Notes under the pieces: model-generated
Databases searched by the model: none
What the model saw: only the letters and a program-made list of their open reading frames with translations
What the model was told of the DNA's origin: nothing
Part shown: positions 58,572-64,000 of the stretch, piece by piece
Layout: each line of letters opens with the position of its first letter
Numbering within the stretch: position 1 is the stretch's first letter
Source of the DNA: Pseudogymnoascus verrucosus
Taxonomy: Eukaryota
Strand: one strand, 5' to 3'
DNA: 64,000 nt
Assembly (NCBI GenBank): GCA_001662655.1
Contig: KV460236.1
Position numbers and translations under genes: made by a program

Positions 58572-60362
58572 ATGTTTACAAACCGACGGGGCTCCTCGTC
58601 CAGCGGCGCCAACCTCAATATGGAGATGACCGACTACTACGACAAGAGCCGAGGCGACCCCATCACCCGATCTACCACCAACGAAGACCAGGTGAGCCAG
58701 GGAACTCGCAATATTCAAGAGCCGGTACTAACATCACAGGATAACCCAAAGGGTGTAGTTGAGGAAAAGGTCATCAACGGAAATGAAGCATTCAACCAAG
58801 CCGTCATCCTCGAGCCGCCACGTGCGTTTTCGCGGGTTTCGGTGGTGCTCTACCTATGCTGTTTGCTGGGATTCCTCTGTTCGACTATGAACGGATATGA
58901 TGCTTCCCTATTTAACGCGCTCACAATTAATCAGCAATTCCTCGATTATTTCCATGGAAAAGCGACAGGTCCATGGCAAGCGCTTGTGTCTGCCATGTAT
59001 CAGATTGGTGGTGTGGTGTCGCTACCATTTGTTGGACCGGCGCTGGATAGCTATGGGCGTAGGGTCGGCATGTTTATCGGTGCTATAATTGTTGTTTGCG
59101 GTACGATCATTCAGGGATTGACAACGGGGAATGCAAATGTTGCTCAGTTTATGGCTGGTCGCGTATTGCTCGGGTTCGGTGTTAATATTGCGTCTGCGGC
59201 TGGGCCTATGTATGTTGTCGAAGTTTCTCACCCGGCCCACCGTGGTGTTGTGACGGCCTTGTATAACACGTTTTGGTAAGTCCTTTGGAACAATTGGTAT
59301 GGCTGCATTCTAATAATGCTCAGGTTTACCGGCGCCATTGTCGCCAGCTCAGCTGCTCGCGGTGCAGACAATCTCACAGGGGTGATTTCATGGTCTATAC
59401 CGGTGTGGTTACAACTCCTGTTCTCTGGAATAATAGTCATCCTAGTGTTCTTCCTCCCGGAATCTCCCAGGTGGCTCTACGTCAATCGCAGGTTCGACGC
59501 AGCCAAAAGAATGCTGACCAAATATCACGGCGAAGGCAATCCGGATAGTATATGGGTCACGCTTCAGCTACGCGAGTACGAAGAGTATCTCGAGATGGAC
59601 GGTTCCGACAAGCGCTGGTGGGATTACAGCGCTCTTTTCCGATCTCGCTCGTCGCGCTATCGTCTTCTATGCAACGTGATGATATCGGTCTTTGGGCAGT
59701 GGGCTGGCAATTCCGTGTTATCATATTTCCTTTCCGCCGTACTCGACACCGCGGGTGTCACTGAAACCATCCCCAAAGCGAACCTCAACCTCGCCAACAA
59801 TTTCCAGCAATTCTTTTTCGCCATTGTAGGCGCCGTCCTCGTTGATCGCGTCGGGCGACGCCCGCTTCTCTTATTCGGCAACATTGCGTGCTGTCTTGTC
59901 TGGGCGGGAATGTGCATTTCTTCCGGCATCTACCAAGGGTCAGGAGAAAAGAACAAGGCCGCTGCAGATGTCATGCTCTTCTTCATCTTCCTCTTCGGCT
60001 CAGTCTACTCCATCGGTTTCACCCCTCTTCAGGCCCTGTTCCCCGTCGAAGTCCTATCCTTCGAGATGCGCGCAAAGGGCATGGCATTCTCGGGCCTGGC
60101 AGTCAACGTAGCGAACCTGCTCAACCAATTTGCGTGGCCGATCGCCCTGGAGAACATCGGCTGGAAGACGTACATTGTGTTTTGCATCTGGTGCGCCGTG
60201 CAGGCCACGTGCGTCTATGTTTTCATTCCGGAGACGAAGAACAGGACGCTCGAGGAGCTGGATGAGATCTTCAGCTCGCCGACGCCGGTTAGGACGTCGT
60301 TAGAGAAGAAGAAGGTGGCACTGGCGGCGAATGGCGAAATTGTTAATGTTGAGCGTGTCTAG
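58572..60362 (+). CDS. Sugar porter MFS, lactose permease/cellodextrin transporter-like
   Basis: Intron 59276-59323; MNGYDASL, DSYGRR, EVSHPAHRG, PESPRWL, GQWAGN, DRVGRR, PETKNRTLEELD. Confidence 0.92.
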
Positions 60363-62248
60363 AATGTCTATCTAGCTATATAATTACTTATTAACGAAAA
60401 TTGATACCCTCTCCATTGAACTCTGTGTTTGATATGTTACTTCAATTGATTGATCACGATACTCCTTTCTTTTCTTCGTCTTGATCACCCCTTTGAAATG
60501 CACCAAACTTGCCCCCAGCCTTGAACCTGCAACTGCTACACACCTACCGCACACGCGTTGTTTCGAACGCATCCCTCCCCCAACAGCCTCCACAAAATCC
60601 TTCAGCACCCCCATCCCCACCAGGCACCCTATCGGAGAAATTCTTCACACCACTACCGCCCCATTCCAGGGACTAATCCCCAATCCCACAAGTTCCAGAA
60701 CGCACAGTAGCCCCTCTTCTAGCCCGTCGCATCCCCCGCACATCAAAACCCACCCATTCCGCAACTCAAGGCTCGCAATTGGGTGTTGGGTTGACGACTC
60801 GCACGGACCGCCCCGACACTACTGCTGGTGCTGATCCACTCCTTTCCAATGCAAAGGGCAGAAGCTTGAAGCACTGCGGTTCAGGTCATCACAGCTCGGC
60901 AGGGTTAGGGATACGGCGCCCGCTCTCTGACACCGGGCAGTATTTTTTGGTCTTTAATGACGAGGCCCTGGTCTCTGGCGATCGACGGGCCCCGCTCGCT
61001 CTCGCGTGCGTGGTGTAATTGTTTCCTGATTTAGGTGGTTGTTAAGATTGCCCCTGGACCCGTTTGGGGAATGGACGGCGAGGGGATAAACTGGCTAAAG
61101 GCGTTTTTTAATGATGGCGTGGGATCGGGTCGCCAGGGCGCGCGGGATGGGATTCTTGGGGACGATGTTGCTTTTACCCGTCCGTGCCGATTTTATGCGA
61201 GTGTTTTCGTCGGATGGCGAATTCAGGGTCGCATTCGGCATTTAGGGGTATAACACAGCGGTGGCTTGAACTTACGCTAGACACTGCGCTCTGAATGTCT
61301 CGTAGAATAAGCAGGCCGCGCGGAGCGAGTCCGTCCGCCGCCCATGAAACTGTTCCAGCACACTGGGAGGATTCATTCAGGCTGTGCGGGAGGGATCAGC
61401 TCCGAGAATGTCTGTGTGTTTGCTGGAGAACACGGACTCACTGTTAATTTGCAATTTCGGAAGTAATTCTCGGATGCCTGTTGTAAATCATTCTCCTGTA
61501 GCCTTACAGAGGAGGCTCGTGCCTGAAAGCCCTGCCGTCGATAGATTAAGGCACGGATCTCGTCAATATTGAAGTCGAGCCGTGCACTATGGATCAGATA
61601 GGAGGGCAAAACTAGGGCTCTGATGCTCTTCGGCGGCCTATCGAGACCTGAGGCAGTGTGCAAAAATACACTGTCGAAAACAATCCAAATGTCATCCTTT
61701 TTAACAATCCCAGAATCGGGTCCCATTTGTTAGTAACAGGCCCAGAAGGGTTTACGGCGCTCACCGACGATCAATGCGGTGTCTGGCAAGCGGCATATCA
61801 CTTAGGACAATGGCCGATACACCGATAAGCTGGATCACATATTCTTCATAGATGAGGTTTTTTTGTGATACTGTAGTACTCGGTCGTTCTCGAACCTTAT
61901 GTGATGGCGGGCACTACCAGGCGCTATCTGCCGCCGAGGCTAGATAAGCTAGCCGAGATGCTTTATCGGCGGCATGAAAGTAAGACATGAAGGCAAGACA
62001 ATATGTCAAGACAACGCACACATATCAACCCCTTGAATTGTCCACTACCCTCGAAGTAAATTTTACCATGGCAGGAGCCCAAACTCTCCAATAACATTTG
62101 TGACGAATATCCACTTGTTACTTTGGCTGTAAGGTGGATATCTTCGAAGACAAAACCCTTGCCTCCATGAAATCGGGCATCTACCTGTTTGCTGGCCGAC
62201 TGGCTGAACGCAGCCTCTCAGCACCACCGGCGTAACGCGCCTGCTGCG

Positions 62249-64000
62249 ATGATCTGGTACTTCCTATACCCGTTCAGAGGGTGAGCACTACATCCCAAGC
62301 AAACTGCATGCTATTGTTTGGAACCTAACACTTATATCAGGACGACTGAACCTCCGAGTCTTAGCCCCGCACATCCCCTTCGGCGCAGTTTCACACGATA
62401 TGGACGAGAAGCTTCTCGACACCCAGTCATTACGATATTGATATCAGTAGCATTAGCGACATGTTTAATATACCCATTTCCATTTCTCTACACGAACAAC
62501 TTCACAAATGGCGCCTCGAACTTACCCCACCATGTTTGGACCGCTGCGCAACCAGTACAGGAGAACATGGGCACCGAACCAGATGTTGTCATGAGATCTA
62601 TATGGGTCCACGGGAGCTATATGAAAGCGCTGGGACGGGATGTGCTACTAGCTGGACTGGAGATCCAGGATGCATTGCTGGGGCAAACGATCAACTTCAA
62701 TCCCAAGCTATCCGCTGGGCTCGGAAAGCCTGTGGGCCATGATACGCCCCTCAGCTTAGAAATGCGAGACTCCTTTCATGCTATCAATGGTCTCAGTGAG
62801 CAGTCGTGGTTCTTTCACTCCCCGCTTCTGTACTGGTCCTGCTCTCCAGAAGCCATCGCCGAAGATGATGACATCGTTTCTACAATTAATGAAAGTTCAC
62901 AGCGCTCCACGTCAGTCAATGTGACTCTCAGACACTCGATTGTGTTTAGTGGCAAGCGCTTCGAAGACCACCGCCTGGTAGCTGCTGATGCTCTGGTCAT
63001 AACCTTGGTCCACAAGCTAGACTCTCCTGTTGGCCGGCAATGGGAGAGGCAGGCCCAAGCATTGGCACAGTCATCGACAAGCCCGTGGCGCATGTATCCA
63101 CGCGATGGACGCGTAAACAATAGCCAAGTTTATGAGTTCAAGTTCCAACCACTGTCGGTTCAAGATGATATATTCCTTGCAATCGCGTATAGCATTACAG
63201 TAATCTACTTCTTGCTAAGCCTGACGAAGCTGCGAGCGCTCAAGTCCCGCTTCGGTTTGATGCTCACTGTCGTCGCGCAAACGGTCATATCTATCATGGG
63301 AAGCTTCACAATTTGCGCCATCCTGAAGATTGATGTCTCAAGAATCCCTCGAGAGGTATATCCCTTCGTTGTCGTGGCGGTTGGGTTGGAGAACATGTTC
63401 CGTCTCGTAAACGCTGTTATTATAACTCCGTCCCAGAGCAAGACATCATCAAGAATCGCCGAGGCCCTTGGCCAGGCAGGCCCTATTGCGTTGGCTGGCG
63501 TCGGCCAGGATTTGCTGATCCTATACCTCCTGTCTAAAGTCGTCGCGCCTGGTGTTGCCGCCTTCTGCATCTTTGCAGCAGTTGCCTTGATCTTTGATTT
63601 TGTCCTGCTACTTACCTTCTTCGTGGCCGTCCTGAGCGTCGATGTCCGAAGGACGGAGCTGAGCGACTCCTTGGAAACCGTGAAATCCCAACGCAAAAAA
63701 CTCGGTGCTGCAAAGCCGAAGAGGCACAATGCATGGGTGAATGCCGTTCTCAGCGGCAAGACTCCGATTTCTACACGCATCGCTGGAACCATTGTAATGG
63801 TCTGCTTCATCTTGGTTTTACAAGGTCACTTCTTCGACAACGAATCCCCGCTTCGGACGCTATCACGAGCGTTGCAATTCGTTCGCCCAGATCATCAATT
63901 ATCATCACCTCCTCCTGTCTCGCAGCTATCTGTCGATATCAACCAAGCGAGGTCTCCAACGGCCTGGCTTCGAATGCAGGATCATGAGACCGCCCGGGAA
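62249..64000 (+). CDS. SCP1: SREBP cleavage-activating protein (SCAP/Scp1), 5' part
   Basis: MIWYFLYPFRG, intron 62281-62340, open to the window end; sterol-sensing domain (KSRFGL, PFVVVAVGLENMFRLVNAV, TFFVAVLSVDVRR). Confidence 0.88.

Noticed and set aside
60870..60895. GTGATGA (box C-like) on the minus strand as a C/D snoRNA
   Set aside because: No terminal box D at a suitable distance and no terminal stem
60901..60910. AGGGTTAGGG (CCCTAACCCT on minus) as a telomerase RNA template
   Set aside because: A 10-nt telomeric permutation is expected roughly once by chance in 64 kb; only ~540 nt lie downstream before the transporter CDS, short for the ~2 kb filamentous-fungal TERs, and no pseudoknot was evident

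Overview
Eukaryotic, intron-containing DNA from a filamentous ascomycete (Pezizomycotina; Leotiomycete-like by protein style, which is an inference). No CRISPR, rRNA, tRNA or intact transposon was recognised. About 1-50 kb and 58-64 kb are gene-dense core genome: ATP10, GOS1, RPL35, NUP120, RAD51, ACL4, GIR2, PUF6, a GH5 glucanase, an HpcH aldolase, a TGL3-type patatin lacking its catalytic motifs, a tannase/feruloyl esterase, ERB1, verprolin, ERV29, a HeLo-pseudokinase, a CHORD-CS co-chaperone, LEO1, a MOB2-type kinase activator, a DUF3237 protein, two MFS transporters and the 5' part of SCAP. The unusual part is a ~6 kb island at about 50.8-56.7 kb with two cleanly spliceable genes I cannot assign to any family. 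The first encodes an 827-aa protein with ~26 copies of a 15-aa KGKGKAVEP repeat; its central copies read K-x-V-Q-T, resembling an array of dynein light chain LC8 motifs. The second encodes a 226-aa protein with a very basic tail. Each gene is preceded by amplified non-coding repeats: four GGAAGG-N16-22-CCTTCC inverted units, and nested ~90 bp and ~195 bp tandem duplications. All gene models were spliced by eye from GT..AG sites, branch points and reading frame; no database searches were run.
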